From Dipteris shenzhenensis (taxonomy: Eukaryota): a stretch of DNA of 64,000 nt. Location of the stretch: assembly GCA_047967505.1 (NCBI GenBank), contig CM106538.1; one strand, written 5' to 3'. The notes beneath the pieces are model-generated. The model did no database searches, was not told where the DNA came from, and saw only the letters and a program-made list of their open reading frames with translations. Made by a program: the position numbers and the translations under genes. The first letter of the stretch is position 1, and every line of letters begins with the position of its first letter. Positions 35,580-49,108 of the stretch are shown here, one piece after another.

Positions 35580-38325
35580 TTTGCAAATCACTTATAAGTG
35601 TAAAAAAATCGTAATTTGATGAAAGGCAACAGAGAACATAAGGAACGTAAGAGCACAGGTCAAAAGGATCTTGAAAGCTTGTGCAACGTCAAGAAAATGC
35701 ATACGAGAGACAGCCAAGGGGAGTACGCTAGTGTTTCTCATCAAAAGGCACAAGAGCTCGACTAGCGCAAAAGTCCAAGACATGCAACAAAAGGCCATTT
35801 CTGAGGCACCAAGCAAAGGTGGTAAGCAATGAACCAAGCAAAGTTGGTAAGAAATGAACCAAGCAAAGATGGCAAGCAAGAAAAGACAATAAGCTAAACA
35901 AGTGCACGAGATGCTCAGGCGCACCACGACCATGAACTTTGTGAGGGGAGGAGAGCAGTCGCCATGGAGTACCTCGAGACACCAAAAAGAGGCGAACTAC
36001 ATATAAAGGATGTGGAAAATCTCACAGTGAGCATCTAAAAAAAGCAAGCAAGAATAACGTGAAGGCGGTTGTAAGTATGAGCTTTATCAGAGAAGAAGTT
36101 GGGTGGCTAGAGTTCTAAAATGCACAGAGCAAGAAAAAACTAAAGGTAAGCCAACCATATCACCTCACAAGGGCAACATGAGATGAACCAAAAACATTCT
36201 CAACACAGCACCAAAAGCCTTCACAATACACAACAGTATATAAACAACCCCGATACAAAATGAAAAAACCAATTGAGTCTTGAAAAATGCCATACTATTG
36301 TCTAAAAAATCTAAGAACCTTCACAAACCACTTGCCTCACCCAAGCAACCCATGCCATGCAAACCGCCACTCTCCAACACCACTCAAAACACATCCCCAT
36401 AACCACTCTCTTGAGGTATGTGCCCACAAGCAAGGCCATAACTAGTTCTAACCATCCAACCAACCCAATCAAACAAACCAAAATGAAACAAAACCACCCT
36501 GTGTAGATGCACCACATGCCCCACTCACACAATTGAACTCTCGCGAACACATGGCACACAGCCCACCATGCATCAAGTTCTCCATCACTCCCACTCGAAC
36601 ATGTGTCACATGCTAGCGCTTGTCGTCGCCAAATGCACCAACCACCACCTACCACATGGCCATTTTTGCTTCCCTAGCCATGGACAACAAAAAATTAGTG
36701 GCGGCCAAAAATCTATGAAATTGAAGGCCAACTGATTTCTTCTCTATAGCCACCTCTCACCTTCAATTCCCTATGCCTTGACACTATAGCCCCTTCATTC
36801 CCCAAGAATCTGTTTGATGAGGGAATGAGGCTCACTAGTTGATTGAGCAATCTTGGAAGGGAGCCTTCTAGAAGAATCGCACAAGTCACAAGTGGATGTG
36901 TTTGAGTTTGTTTGTTAATGAGACTAACAATGACAATTAAAAGGCAATCCCCATGATGACCAAGCCAAAATGCCAAGATTTGTTAGACAAGTAGTCATTC
37001 CCCCAACACTCCTAAATCTACGTTGCCAATTCCTAGCATTTACCTTGCTCCAATGGGGGTGGGCAAAATAAGAATGTTGCTCGGGCATATTGATGCTCAA
37101 CAGCCTACACAAGTCCTCTAGCTGAAAGCTTTGTGAAACTACACCGCTTTGCTTGGGCATGCTAGATTTGGCTTGCTCAGCAATCGCAACAATTAAAACC
37201 CTCACCAATTAAACATAGGGGAGATATTTTACACAATCATATGCATTGTTAATGAGGTATTGACTCCGTAGAACCATGAACATAGATTTTGGAATAGATA
37301 AAAAAGCACACATTTTGAATGTCATTTTGAACTCAAAACTTCATGAAGGTGATAGAAAATTTCTCATACATAAAAATAAAAAACGCAAAACTATATTCTA
37401 GAATTTACTGTTGTATTACACAACTATGATGTGCAAGCATACACAACTATAAACCATACGTGTGGAGTTGAATAGACATATCTCCTAAATGTGACCATTC
37501 ATATCACGATAGTGTAAAGACACATTATTAATGACCACTCTCTAAGCTTAGAATGAAGAGACGTAAAGATACATTATTGATGAGACCACTCTCTAGCCTT
37601 AAAATAACTTTGTGTAAAGATAATTTCATATGGGGCCTAATCAATATACAATGACCAGGATGTACAATCTCATTGATTGAACTCTAGACCACATGCATCT
37701 TGATCAAATACTTGAGGTGTATGAGGCCAACCCATTGTAATGCATCTTGGTTCTTAGATGTTCTCTTTCCTAGAATCTCATTAGCTTATCTCTCTACAAC
37801 ATCTCCACAATATAGGCAAGCGTTACTTGTGTGAATGTGGTTGGTATGAGTTTGGAGCTACTTGACTACATCCAAGGCACTCTTGATGACATCTACATAG
37901 CACAATATTGTTATACCAAAAATCATATCGTAAGATACCACCTACAAATTAAAATAATTTCTATTATACAAAATATAGTTTGTATTCAAAAAAATCTGAC
38001 ACGAAATATCCTAAGCAATTATATAACTAAATTCTAAACCCTAACTAGTATTGATAAAACCATTGATATAATTGTAAAAAGGCTATATCAATAGTTCTAT
38101 GCATGGGACCACTTTAAATGTGTCTTTTGACTGAATTTGCTTACCATCTTTTGTGTGCTTGTGATTCAAGGCATGCATGTGCTCTACCATCTGGGCCCTT
38201 ATGACCACCTCTATCATCACTACATACAAGTCATATATTTGTAAGGAAGTGTTTAGAGTAGCCTGGGTTATGGTGTGGTAGGGTCATAATGTCTTGTTAA
38301 GCTAAAGAAATCAGAGGGTTGAGTA

Positions 38326-38457
38326 CTCTCTCAGTACTCTACATGCTTTTTCTCTATTGAGCTTTTTCTTCTACCTTCTCCTTTCCCCCCCCTTTCTCCT
38401 TCTCTCCTCTCTCTCTTCTCCCCCTTCTCCCCTTTCTCCTTCTCTCTTCTCAGCTCT

Positions 38458-38515
<58 letters not shown>

Positions 38516-38668
38516 ACTCTACATGCTTTTTCTCTATTGAGATTTTTCTTCTACCTTCTCCCTTCCTGTCCTTTCTCCTTCTCTCCTCTCTCTCTTCTCC
38601 CCCTTCTCCTCTTTCTCCTTCTCTCTTCTAAACTGCTAATTTCTCTCCCATTCTCTCTCTCTCTCAGT
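38326..38668. repeat. Pyrimidine-rich tandem duplication (~180 bp unit) around a (CT)n microsatellite
   Basis: CTCTCAGTACTCTACATGCTTTTTCTCTATTGAG..TTTTCTTCTACCTTCTCC occurs at ~38328 and ~38508. Confidence 0.8.
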
Positions 38669-39187
38669 AGAGTCAATGTAACAAAAAAATTATAGGTTCA
38701 TTTAGATGCTTAGTATCATGTATAACAGCCTTATGGAGTGAATAAGGCATGAGTGCAAACCAACATTTGTGTGTGGGTAAAGCAACCTCATGAAATACTT
38801 GATATCTTCTTCCAAAGAACAAGAAAACTCTACTTAGCTCATCATGGATTCGTCATAGAGGGCGCCATTACCACTAGCTTTCTTGAAGATACATTCTGTT
38901 TCCTCTCAGAGATGGTACCATTACCATCGCTACTTGTAAGAGCCTACCTGGGAGGCTGAAATTTTATTCCTTTTGTATCTACGAATTCGCTTAATATACA
39001 ATGGTGTTATTTTACCCGCCAAAAAAAATTTGAGAGAGAATTTTTGGGTAACTAACCCATACACCTTAAGATATAATCGTTAAACCACGAAGGGTCAAGT
39101 TTGTGACTAGGACATTGTCCTACATGGTCGGCGAATTTGCAAGTTTTATAGGGAGTGCAAAGCCCACTTGTGATCTGTTCAGAGTTG

Positions 39188-39418
39188 ATGATGCCTGTAT
39201 CGAGAATGGGAGACTGTCGCAGGCGATTTAGCTTGCTGGTTGGGTTGTTATGGGTTTTGATGCTTCGCCATCTTTGTGATGGATTGCAAATCACCGTCCA
39301 CAACACAGAATGCATCTATGAGAACGTAGAATTTGAGGGCGATCTTGTCACTGGCAATTATGTGGTTGTAGACCATGAGATTTTCTGGGCTGCGGATCAC
39401 CCTGGGATCGACTTTACG
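39188..39418 (+). CDS. p24beta exon 1
   Basis: Ends GAC TTT ACG|GTAAGC. Confidence 0.9.
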
Positions 39419-40791
39419 GTAAGCCAGTAACCCACAAAGTCGGTCTTTACTTTTGTGCCTTGTATTAGCCAGGAGGAGTTATTATGGCCTCCTTTTTAGG
39501 TCCGCAACCACTCTGAGAACCCTATGCTTACTGTGAGATTCTTATGGAAGTGCGTCGACAATTTAGTCTAGCAGTTCGTGAAGCTCAAGAGGGTTTTTGA
39601 ACATTGAGAAGAGTAGGGTTCGGCACATGGAATATTCACTGGAAGCTGTTTTCATTTAGTGGGTTTAATAGTGAAGGCTGTGAAATTTTTCTAGGCTGGC
39701 ATCTTGTCCCATTTTGTGGTGCGCCCCCCGTTGATCTCCTTGTTGAGAAGTTCTTCGAAGCCATCGAAGCCATTCACTCTCAAACAGCAGTGCCTCCTCC
39801 AGAGATTTAACGTCGAGCTCTCACATTGCTCCGTTTGCATCTTTATTGATGAGGGCTCGTTAATCATGATTTTTTGATTGTCAATAAGAAGAACAGTTGA
39901 AGTGGTCATTGATAGCTCAGCACCTGGGAAACTAAAAGTCAAGGACCTAAAGTATTTAGATCTGCTTAAGAAATTGTAGGTATTTCGATTTTCGTGTTCT
40001 CCTAGAACGAAAGTTACAGAAATGACAGTATTTCCCATTCTCATAGCGCACTTAGAATTATAATCTGGATTTGTATGAAACGTCTGGACATAGACTACCT
40101 GCAGGATCTCTAGAATGACAGTACGAGTGGGTGTTTGCCAGGACTTTCCTCTATCTGGCAGGCTTTGCATGAGAGAGGGACCATAATGATGCAGAAATCT
40201 TGCTTTTCCGTTGCTATTTACGGTGCCTAATGAATGTATCACTGACAGATTGTTTTTTAGTCCAGGTGTTTGCACCTGCAGGAACTGTGGTTTCGAGTGC
40301 CAAAGGAAAGGCTACAGACAAGTTTGAATTTAGGGCGCCCAGAAGAGGTCCCTACAAGTTCTGTTTTCACAATAGGGGGAGTACACCAGAAACCATTGCT
40401 TTTTACATACATATAGGCCACATCCCCAATGACCACGACCTTGCTAAAGATGGTAATTTCATTAGGACTAGTGCCTTCTGTGCTTAGTTAATCGTGAGCC
40501 AGAGCTTGGCCTGGCCATGCAATAGGAATGAGTTCTCAGATGCTGCAATCTGTCTATTGTTCTCTCTCTCTTTCCCTGTCCCTTGTTGCTTCTTACCTTT
40601 GCTTTTAAATGACTATTTTTGTGTGAGATTGGGATGATCTTATTAATTCAAATATTCTCATATATGATGCTGTATTTTTTCAGAACATCTCAATCCTGTT
40701 ACTGTGAGAATTGCGGAGCTTAGAGAAGCACTTGAGGCTGTCTCTGCAGAACAACAATACTTGAGAGCCCGTGACACACGGCATCGTTACA

Positions 40792-40825
<34 letters not shown>

Positions 40826-41324
40826 CCCCCCCCTCTCTCTTCCCCCCTGCCCCCCCCCTCTCTGGACCCATAAATGTGTCACAGGGATGTATGGGGTGGG
40901 AAGTTGACATTGTGTTTGGTCAACTTCTGTTAGAAACTTCTCCGTCTCATCTCTATCGTACAGGCTGTTGCAGCCCTAATAGAGGGGAGATGCATAGCTA
41001 TGTTAGGGCTGACTGAACTTTGGAATACTGGCCGTAGTCATCTGTAAGATATTTGAAGCACATTGTCAGATTTGCAATTTGTCACCAGAACATGAGACTG
41101 CTAGGAAGTAGTGTGATAGGCTAGAATTTCAAGAAGGAAAAAACGTTAAGCATGATACAGTTTTAATTTTACTTGACTTCTGCATTGCAGCTGCTGAAAG
41201 CACCCGAAAGCGATTGGTGGGCTATACCTTGGCAGAATATCTAGCATTGATTATGGCAAGTCTCTCTCAAGTGTTTCTTATTCGGCGGATGTTTAACAAG
41301 AGGGTAGGATATAACCGAGTTTGA
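39188..41324 (+). CDS. p24/emp24/GOLD-domain transmembrane cargo receptor (p24beta type), 4 exons: 39188-39418, 40266-40452, 40684-40791, 41191-41324
   Basis: Signal peptide, GOLD domain (ECIYE..EGDLVTGNYVVVDHEIFW..DHPGIDFTV; FEFRAPRRGPYKFCFHN), coiled coil, TM helix and tail MFNKRVGYNRV*. Spliced length 660 nt, in frame with GT-AG junctions. Alternative start ATG at 39206. Confidence 0.93.
40266..40452 (+). CDS. p24beta exon 2
   Basis: TCCAG|GTG...AAA GAT G|GTAATT, encoding VFAPAG...HIPNDHDLAKD. Confidence 0.92.
40684..40791 (+). CDS. p24beta exon 3
   Basis: TTTCAG|AA CAT CTC..., encoding EHLNPVTVRIAELREALEAVSAEQQYLRARDTRHRY. Donor A|GTTCTC. Confidence 0.88.
41191..41324 (+). CDS. p24beta exon 4 (TM helix and cytosolic tail)
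   Basis: TTGCAG|CT GCT GAA AGC ACC CGA..., encoding TAESTRKRLVGYTLAEYLALIMASLSQVFLIRRMFNKRVGYNRV, with TGA at 41322-41324. Confidence 0.92.
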
Positions 41325-42557
41325 ATGGTTGAGGATCTTAACCAACGACTGTTGGTAGTGAGTTTTGTCTTCTGCCAGCAAGACTGTCAGCAGTGACATT
41401 ATTGATTGAGATGTTAACAACTTTTACTGTTAGAATTTAAACTTGTAGCTGTAAGCAGACATTCTCAAGTTGGGCGATAGCACATAAAATCTCTTAACAT
41501 TGTCATATGTGCTTTCCTATCACGACATGCCTAATTTCGTTTTCAAGCAGTGTAGCTGTGGTGTACAAAATTTGTCTTCACATAGCTGGCTGTGCCCTTA
41601 AGGAACGCAAGGCTGATATACTCAGAAGCATTGAGTTTCAATTTATGGTCTTCTTGATATGCATAACAATAAGTAGACTTAAGTGAATTCTCTGTTGCTC
41701 TTTTTTTGGGGAGTGGGGAAGATATGCTTATATCTTGTCAAGCTTGAGTCTCTTTATTATTTATGCTTCAACGGTATCAGAGCATAGGTTTTAAACAGTG
41801 AGAGCTACATTTTGAGAGATAACAGGGTTGATCAAAGATGAAGATTGTTGCTTAAATAAGATTAGGCACTTGAATTTTGGAATTGCCGATCATTTAGTTC
41901 TTTTAGAAACTTTAAGATTTTATCATCACAAAGCAATATGCACATTGTGTTATGATGTGTTGGATTACTTTGCAATGGCTGTATTTGGAGTAATTTAAAA
42001 TCATAGCATATCCTTAATTTTCAAAATCAGTTTGGCAAGCATGTTTGTTTTTGTTAGCGTTTGTGTTTCAATGCCCTACCAATTCTTTTTGGTGTGGATT
42101 AATATATGTACGAGGCTAATGCTAGATTAGTCATGGCAATCCTAATGACATTTGTATATTTATACCTGTTCCTTTGCCATAATATAGATTACTTGTCTAA
42201 TAATTGGAGGCACTTCTCTTTCCTCTTACCCACCAAAGTTGGCATGATCCATATGGATATTCTATGGCCTATTTAAATTCTTAAACTTTCCTATTTAGCT
42301 CACAAACTAGGCGAGCATGATATCTATAATTTGAAATTGTGAGACTTATAGAAGACAAATACAGTATCCATGCAATTGGATTGCCACAACACTTGCTTAG
42401 CTAATAGTTTATTGAACTTGAATCATTATAGCCATCATATTTGTCAGAAATGGACCAACAAAGGGTATGCATGGCGGAAGATTGATAGAATTGCCTAGGA
42501 ACTCACACAGTGTGGCATGGGGTGTGGAATCACAAACTTCTTAAACTTATATGCATA

Positions 42558-43092
42558 TCCCGTTTTTCTTTTAGTTTCAAAAGAGAGTTTGATTGAGTAT
42601 GCTTGTGCTTTCTAAGTTAGGAATGTAATTTTGCCTCTTTGTAGGAAGTAATACATATGTGTAAAGGGTAGTGAGTGAGAGACAGAAGAGAGAACGTTAA
42701 TTCCAAAATTTTGGAAGATTTTGTTTTTTGTTTCTTGACTTGATTGTTTATTTTTGCTTAGTCATCTTCTTTCTTTCTTCTTTATTTTTTGTTTTCTTTC
42801 TCTTTTGTTTATCTGACGTATTTTAGTAAGCATTGGGTTTGGGTTTGTCTAAGAGACTCTGCGGGTCTTTAGAAACTTGGTATAGTTGTCTATGCTTGGG
42901 CACTGATGACGACATAAGTGTTGCTTTGCTTGATAAGTATGTCTTCCTTTTGTTTTTCATAAAAGTTTTTGTTTACCTCTTTTTTCTTCTCTTTTATTTT
43001 TTCTTTTATTTTTGGTGTATATTTTTTGTCTTTAGAACAACAAAAAATCTAAATTTGTATGATTGGACTTATTCTAGTCTTACAAAAGTATA
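42558..43092. mobile_element. 535-bp T-rich insertion flanked by a 16-bp direct repeat
   Basis: TAAACTTATATGCATA (42542-42557) and TAAACTTATGTGCATA (43093-43108). The intact sister LTR has a single copy near 51399-51414. Confidence 0.75.
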
Positions 43093-43636
43093 TAAACTTA
43101 TGTGCATAGGATAAGATGTGCAGGCTCATCAATAGACAATGAGCCACCAGATTTAGAAGACACTATAATATATTTATGTTCAAAGCTATGGACACAATAC
43201 AAAAGAGATAGATCTAGAGTCCCACCAATGGTGTGGTTCTGTGATCTACCACAAGGTCCTTTAGCCATCTGTTGGCTATCTCTAGACTTGAGCCCGCGTG
43301 CTCCATCTCGAGCACCTTTAAACTTTTTGTACAGAACAACCCTCTCCACCTTACTGTTTGGAAACCAGCCTAGGTGGGCTGTCACTCAAGCTCAGTCTGC
43401 AGCACCTTCACCTCCTATGGATAGACCCAAGGCTTGCCTTCTTGCTGCTCCTATCCGTTGTCACAGGGTTGCTCTAGATGATGAAATATGAGGGCACAAG
43501 GCCCTCCCTTTTATAGGCCTAAAGGGTTCAACTAACCGACTCAATTAGGCCCAAAATGGTCGACCTATTGGTCGCTCATTTTGCCTCCTCTAGCCTATCA
43601 AATGTGCCCCTTCTGGGGCTCAAAACATGAGCCCTC

Positions 43637-46600
43637 TGTTAGATATCAATGCTCCACTCTCGTGTAACTACACGGGAACCAGTTAACTCTACTTGTAAGC
43701 CCCCCATATGAGGAGAAGGTATTTGAGTAGCTCGGTTATTCGGTAGGTCCTAGTTTGGACACCAGATGGGGGCCATGTGTGGCCTGATGGTTGGACGGCT
43801 TCAAATAGAGTTGGCACACTGCCAACTAGGCCACATGCAAGTGCGGGAAGGTATCCCATGACTCGGATGGCTCTGGGTCGAACACAGACCGTAGGATAGT
43901 TGCTCTATTTTACGCCACGGTTCTATCGTGTGGTTAGTGGCCTATTTCGGGAACGACTCCCAGTCGATCGTTTTGGGCGGACTGGGTCGGTCACCCAATT
44001 GGGTCTAACCGACTATGACTGGTGGCTATATAAGAGCAAGCTCGTGAAGCCCATTTCATCACTGGCTATAGCAACCTTGATTCCTTCGCATCCAGCCTCT
44101 GTCCTCTATTGTTTCCAGCACACCATTGCAGCTTCTCTCACAGGAGTGCACGGTTGGGAGGCAGCGCCATCTATTGTATCAGTGTTACAGTGATCAAATT
44201 TTTTATTCTCCATACTATCTGTTTTTCTCTCTTGCGTACGAGATCATGTTATCTGTTGAGCACAGACGTTGTATTGTTTTCTTACATGGTATCAGAGCCT
44301 GGACTCTAGCAAGAAGATTTGGTAGTGTGTTTCTATTTGCGAGTAGATTGTGAGGGATGGCCCAGCCCGCATGACTGCGAATCCCACCGTTCGGCGAAAG
44401 CGAAAAGTTGGACGGCACTAACTATTCACTTTGGAAGTGCAAAATGAAGACCATCCTAAGTGCATATGAGCTTTGGGATACTGCTACTAGGGTGGACCTA
44501 AAGCCGGTTTCGAGATCGAATCCAGCCAATGTAGCACAACAGATAGTATCAACTGGAGATGAGATTCTCGCGTGGACAAGGAGAAATGTAGATGCGATGT
44601 GTTCTATTATCTGCAGTGTAAGTGATTCTGTCATGACATTAATTCAACATGTCACCACAACGAAAGAGGCATGGACGATCTTGAAAAATCAGTACGAGAC
44701 CACGAATCAGACACAGATTTAGAATCTAGAGATTCAACTCGCGAACGAGAAACTGTCTGAGTCTGAAACAACAGAGAAGTTCATCCCTGGGGTGAAGAAG
44801 CGCGATCAGATGACTGCAACTGGCATCACCATCACCAGCGAGAATCTACTAGCACGAAGGTGCATACAGATTCTCCCACCAAAGTACGACGGTCTTGTTA
44901 CGGCGTTGAATACGCAGATCAAAAATCTGTCCCTCAACTTTGAGGATTTCAATGCAATGCTTCTCGAGGAGGAGATGCATCAAAAGACGAGGACTGGAGA
45001 AGATTCGGCTTTCTCGGCTGGATCAAAGAAAGGCAAGGGTAAGGACTCTTGTAACCCATCTTCTTCTGATGATAAAAAGAGAAAGAGGAAGAGCAAGTGC
45101 TTCTATTGCAACAAGGCAGGGCACAAGGAGAATGAGTGCTAGAAGAAGTTTGCAGATGAGAAGAACGGAGTAAAGAAAGAATCCAGCAACAGCGCGCAGG
45201 CAGTACCAGTAGAGCTATTTGTAGCAATTGAGGAGATTTGCATGGAGGCAGTTCATGTACCTGCAGAAGAACCTTGGATTATTGAAAGTGGTGCATCGCG
45301 CCACATGACCGGTCGGAAGGATTGGTATACCTCTCTACAGCCAGTAGGGAATGACATCTTGATAGTAGTCAACAATGATGCAAAATGTCCAGCAAAAGGA
45401 AAAGGTATGATTGCTCTCAAGTCAGATGGAGTTGTAAAACAGTCTGATGTTCTTTATGTGCCAGATATCAAGAGGAACTTATTGTCCGTTTCTGCGATCA
45501 CGGATCAGGATCTCAAAGTTTAATTCGATAAGAATGGTGCACAGATTTTGGATCTTCAAGGAAAGGTTGTTGGTAAAGGTACATGGCGCAACAACATCTA
45601 CGAACTCTCATCTTTCAGTGCTCGCGCCGATGTGAAGAACACTAAGCTGTGGCATGAGAGGTTTGGTCATCTAAACCTTACTTCTTTAAAGGAGATGCAT
45701 AAAAGTTGAATGATTGCAAACCTACTAGAAATTACAGATCTACCCGATGTATGTGAAGCTTGCATGATGGGCAAGCAGCATTGGCAGCCCTTTCCTAAAG
45801 AGGCCAACAAGGCAAAGGCTCCTCTAGAGCTCGTTCACACGGACCTCTGCAGAAAGATGGAGATGGAAGCTTTGGGTGGTTCCTACTACTTCATGACGCT
45901 GATCAACGACGACGACTACAGTAGAAGGATATGGATATACTTTTTAAAGACTAAAGACGAGGCTTTTAGTAAGTTCAAGGAATGGCATGTAATGGTCGAG
46001 AAAGAATCGGGGAGAAAGGTGAAAAAGTTGAGATCAGACAGAGGTGGAGAGTTCACATCAAGTGAATATGAAAGTTACTGCAAAAGTCACGGGATCAAGA
46101 GGCAAAAACCCCCGCCACATACATCACAGCAAAATGGACTAGCAGAACGCAAGATGTGCATCTTGTGCGAAATGGGCAGGAGTATGATGAAAGGGAAAGA
46201 TTTGCCAAAGACTTTCTGGGCTGAAGCATGTAACACGGCAGTTTACATTCTGAATCGTAGCTACACGAAGGCCATGAATGGGATGACTCCACTGCAATCC
46301 TTTTTTGCTAAGAAACCTTTAGCTGCACATTTCAGAGTTTTTGGATGTGACCGTTTTGTGCATGTCCCTGATGCTAACAGGACCAAATGGGAACCGAAGA
46401 GCCAGAAGTGTATTTTCTTGGGCTATAGTGAAGAGGCGAAGGGTTACCATCTCTATAACCCTATTACCAAGTAGGTTATAGTAAGTCGCGATGTGGTCTT
46501 CTTAGAACAGCTGCATCAATTGAAGGAGGATGCTTCCTTTCCAGACAACCAGGACTAGGATATCCATCCAGTACAACCACAACAGCAGACCGAACTCCCC

Positions 46601-49108
46601 CAACGATGCTTGGGAGGATTCAAGATAAAGAAGATGAAGAAGAGCTTGCGGAACCACAATGGCAACAGCCATTCCTGAAGTGGGTAAAGCAGCTTTTGAC
46701 GGCAACGAACCTCCTGTCGTTGAGGAGGAACCATCCGAACACTACTAGTCCAAGAGATTAGAGGAGCAAAGAAGGGCGCATGAACACTTGGTCAACTATG
46801 CTTGAATGACAAAGGTGATCCACGCTGATAAACCCAAGTGTCTTGAAGAGGCACAGGGTGATGATAGGTGGATGGAGGCTATGCAGTCGGAGTATCGCTC
46901 CATAATGAAGAACAACACTTGGGACCTTGTGGATCGTCCACCAAAATGCAAGGTAATCAGCACCAAGTGGGTGTACAAGACCAAGTACAAGTCCGACGGC
47001 ACATTGGATAAGTACAAGGCTCGACTCGTGGAAAAAGGATTCGCATAAGTACGTGGTTTTGATTATCAGGATACTTTTGCTTCCACAGCTCGACTAACCA
47101 CAATTCGCAGTGTTTTGGCTTTAGTAGCCAGGGAAGTTGGCATGTGTTTCAGATGGATGTCAAATCCATCTTTCTAAATGGAGATCTCAAGGAGGAGGTA
47201 TACATGGAACAACCACCAGGTTTGCTGATCCCCGCTTCAGAAGGTAAAGTCTATAAACTAAAGAAGGCACTTTACAGGTTGAAACAGGCCCCACAAGCAT
47301 GGTACCAACGAATTGATGCCTACTTTCTACAAAACGGGTTCAGGAGGAGCCCATCTGATGCAAATTTGTATATCTTCAGAGAAGGAGGCAGGTGTATGAT
47401 CGTGGTCCTTTATGTGGACGACCTTGTCATAACAAGGAACCATGAAGAGAAGATCTCGTAGACAAAGCATTTGCTATGAAGAGAGTTTGAAATGACAGAC
47501 CTCGAACTGATGCATTTCTGTTTGGGGATTGAAGTTTGGTAAGAGCCAAAGCAGATCTTCATTTCACAGCTGAAGTATGCTGGAGAGATACTAAAGGCAT
47601 TTGGCATGGTTGAGTACAAGACAGTTGGTACCCCTATGGAGGTTGACGTGAAGCTCTCAAACGAGGATTCATCACCACTGGTGGACGAAGCGAAGTACAG
47701 AAGTCTTGTGGGGAGTTCGATTTACTCGTGCAACACACGGCCGGACATCAGTTTTGCAATTGGTGTACTAAGCAGGTTTTCCAATAAGCCCTGGGAGAAC
47801 CATTGGAGAGTAGGGATGCGGGTGCTGAAATACATCAAAGGCACACTTGATTATGGCATCACCTATATCAAGGGCAACATCTTGACCTGATTCTGTGACT
47901 GGGATTGAGCAAGAGATGTGGACAGCAGGAGATCAGTGACAGGTTACTGTTTCTCACTTGGATCTGGAGCTGTGTCATGGGTTAGCAAGAAGCAACCCAT
48001 AGTTGCTCTTTCTTCTACTGAGGCTGAGTATAAAAATTAGCATGTTTTGCTTCTTGTGAGGCAGTGTGGTTAAGGAGGATTTTAGGGGACATGGGTGCAG
48101 TGTAGAATAAGCCTATGCAGTTATCATGTGACAATCAGAGTTGCATGGCGATTGCAAAGAACCCTGTGTTCCATGCTCGCACAAAACACATTGAGATTCA
48201 ATATCACTTTGTACACAAGCTCATCATGGATGGAGAGGTCGACTTGGTATATTGTTCGACTACAGAGAATGCTACGGACATCTTCACGAAGGCTCTTGGA
48301 AGAGACTTGTTGGGAAGGCATCTTCATCGACTTGGCATTGGGCCAAAAAAGTAAGTTCACTTGCGGGTGGACATTGAGGGGGGGTGTTAGATATCAATGC
48401 TCCACTCTCGTGTAACTACGCGGGAACCAGCTAACTCTACTTGTAAGCCCCCCATATGAGGAGAAGGTATTTGAGTAGCTCAGTTATCCGGTAGGTCCTT
48501 GTTTGGACACCAGATGGGGGCCATGTGTGGCCTAATGGCTGGATGGCTTCAGATAGAGTTGGCACACTACCAACTAGGCTACATGCAAGTGCAGGAAGGC
48601 ATCCCATGACTAACCGCACTGAGGGTAGACGGAGCATTTCTCAGGGCAGCCCACCCTCAGGTTGCGGGGCTTGCTTGGAGCCTCAGATGATCCTGGATGG
48701 CTCTGGCCGAACGGACACCATAGGTGAGTTGCTCTATTTTGTGCCACGGTTCTATCGTGTGGTAGGTGGCCTGTTTCAAGACCGACCCTCAGTCGACCGT
48801 TTTGGGCATCAGTCACCCAATTGGGTCTAACCAACTACGACTGGTGGCTATATAAGAGCAAGCCCCTGAAGCCCATTTCATCACTGGCTACAACAACCCT
48901 AATTCCTTAGCATCAAACCTCTGTCCTCTACTGTTTCCAACATGCCATCGAAGCTTCTCTCACAGGAGCGCACGATTGGGAGGCAGCGCCATCTATTGTA
49001 TTAGTTCTATAGTAATCAAATTTTTTATTCTCCATACTATATGTTTTTCTCTGTTGCATACGAGATCCTGTTATCTGTTGAGCACAGATGTTGTATTGTT
49101 TTCTTACA
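43637..49108 (+). mobile_element. Full-length but mutated Ty1/copia element C, LTRs 43637-44286 and 48385-49108, TSD CCCTC
   Basis: CCCTC on both sides, PBS TGGTATCAGAGC at 44287-44298, then gag, PR (WIIESGASRHM), INT (45710-46474), RT (LYVDDL), RH (DIFTKAL) and PPT GAGGGGGGG. Numerous stops. Confidence 0.96.

Noticed and set aside
35420-37210. Several 85-115 aa ORFs as a possible gene
   Set aside because: No recognisable domain or consistent exon structure. Probably decayed repeat sequence.
39691-40275. 194-aa antisense ORF within p24 intron 1
   Set aside because: No recognisable motif, and it overlaps an intron of a well-supported gene on the opposite strand. Likely a chance ORF.
41772-41783. 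PBS-like CGGTATCAGAGC downstream of p24
   Set aside because: No LTR pair or gag follows. At most a tiny old LTR remnant.
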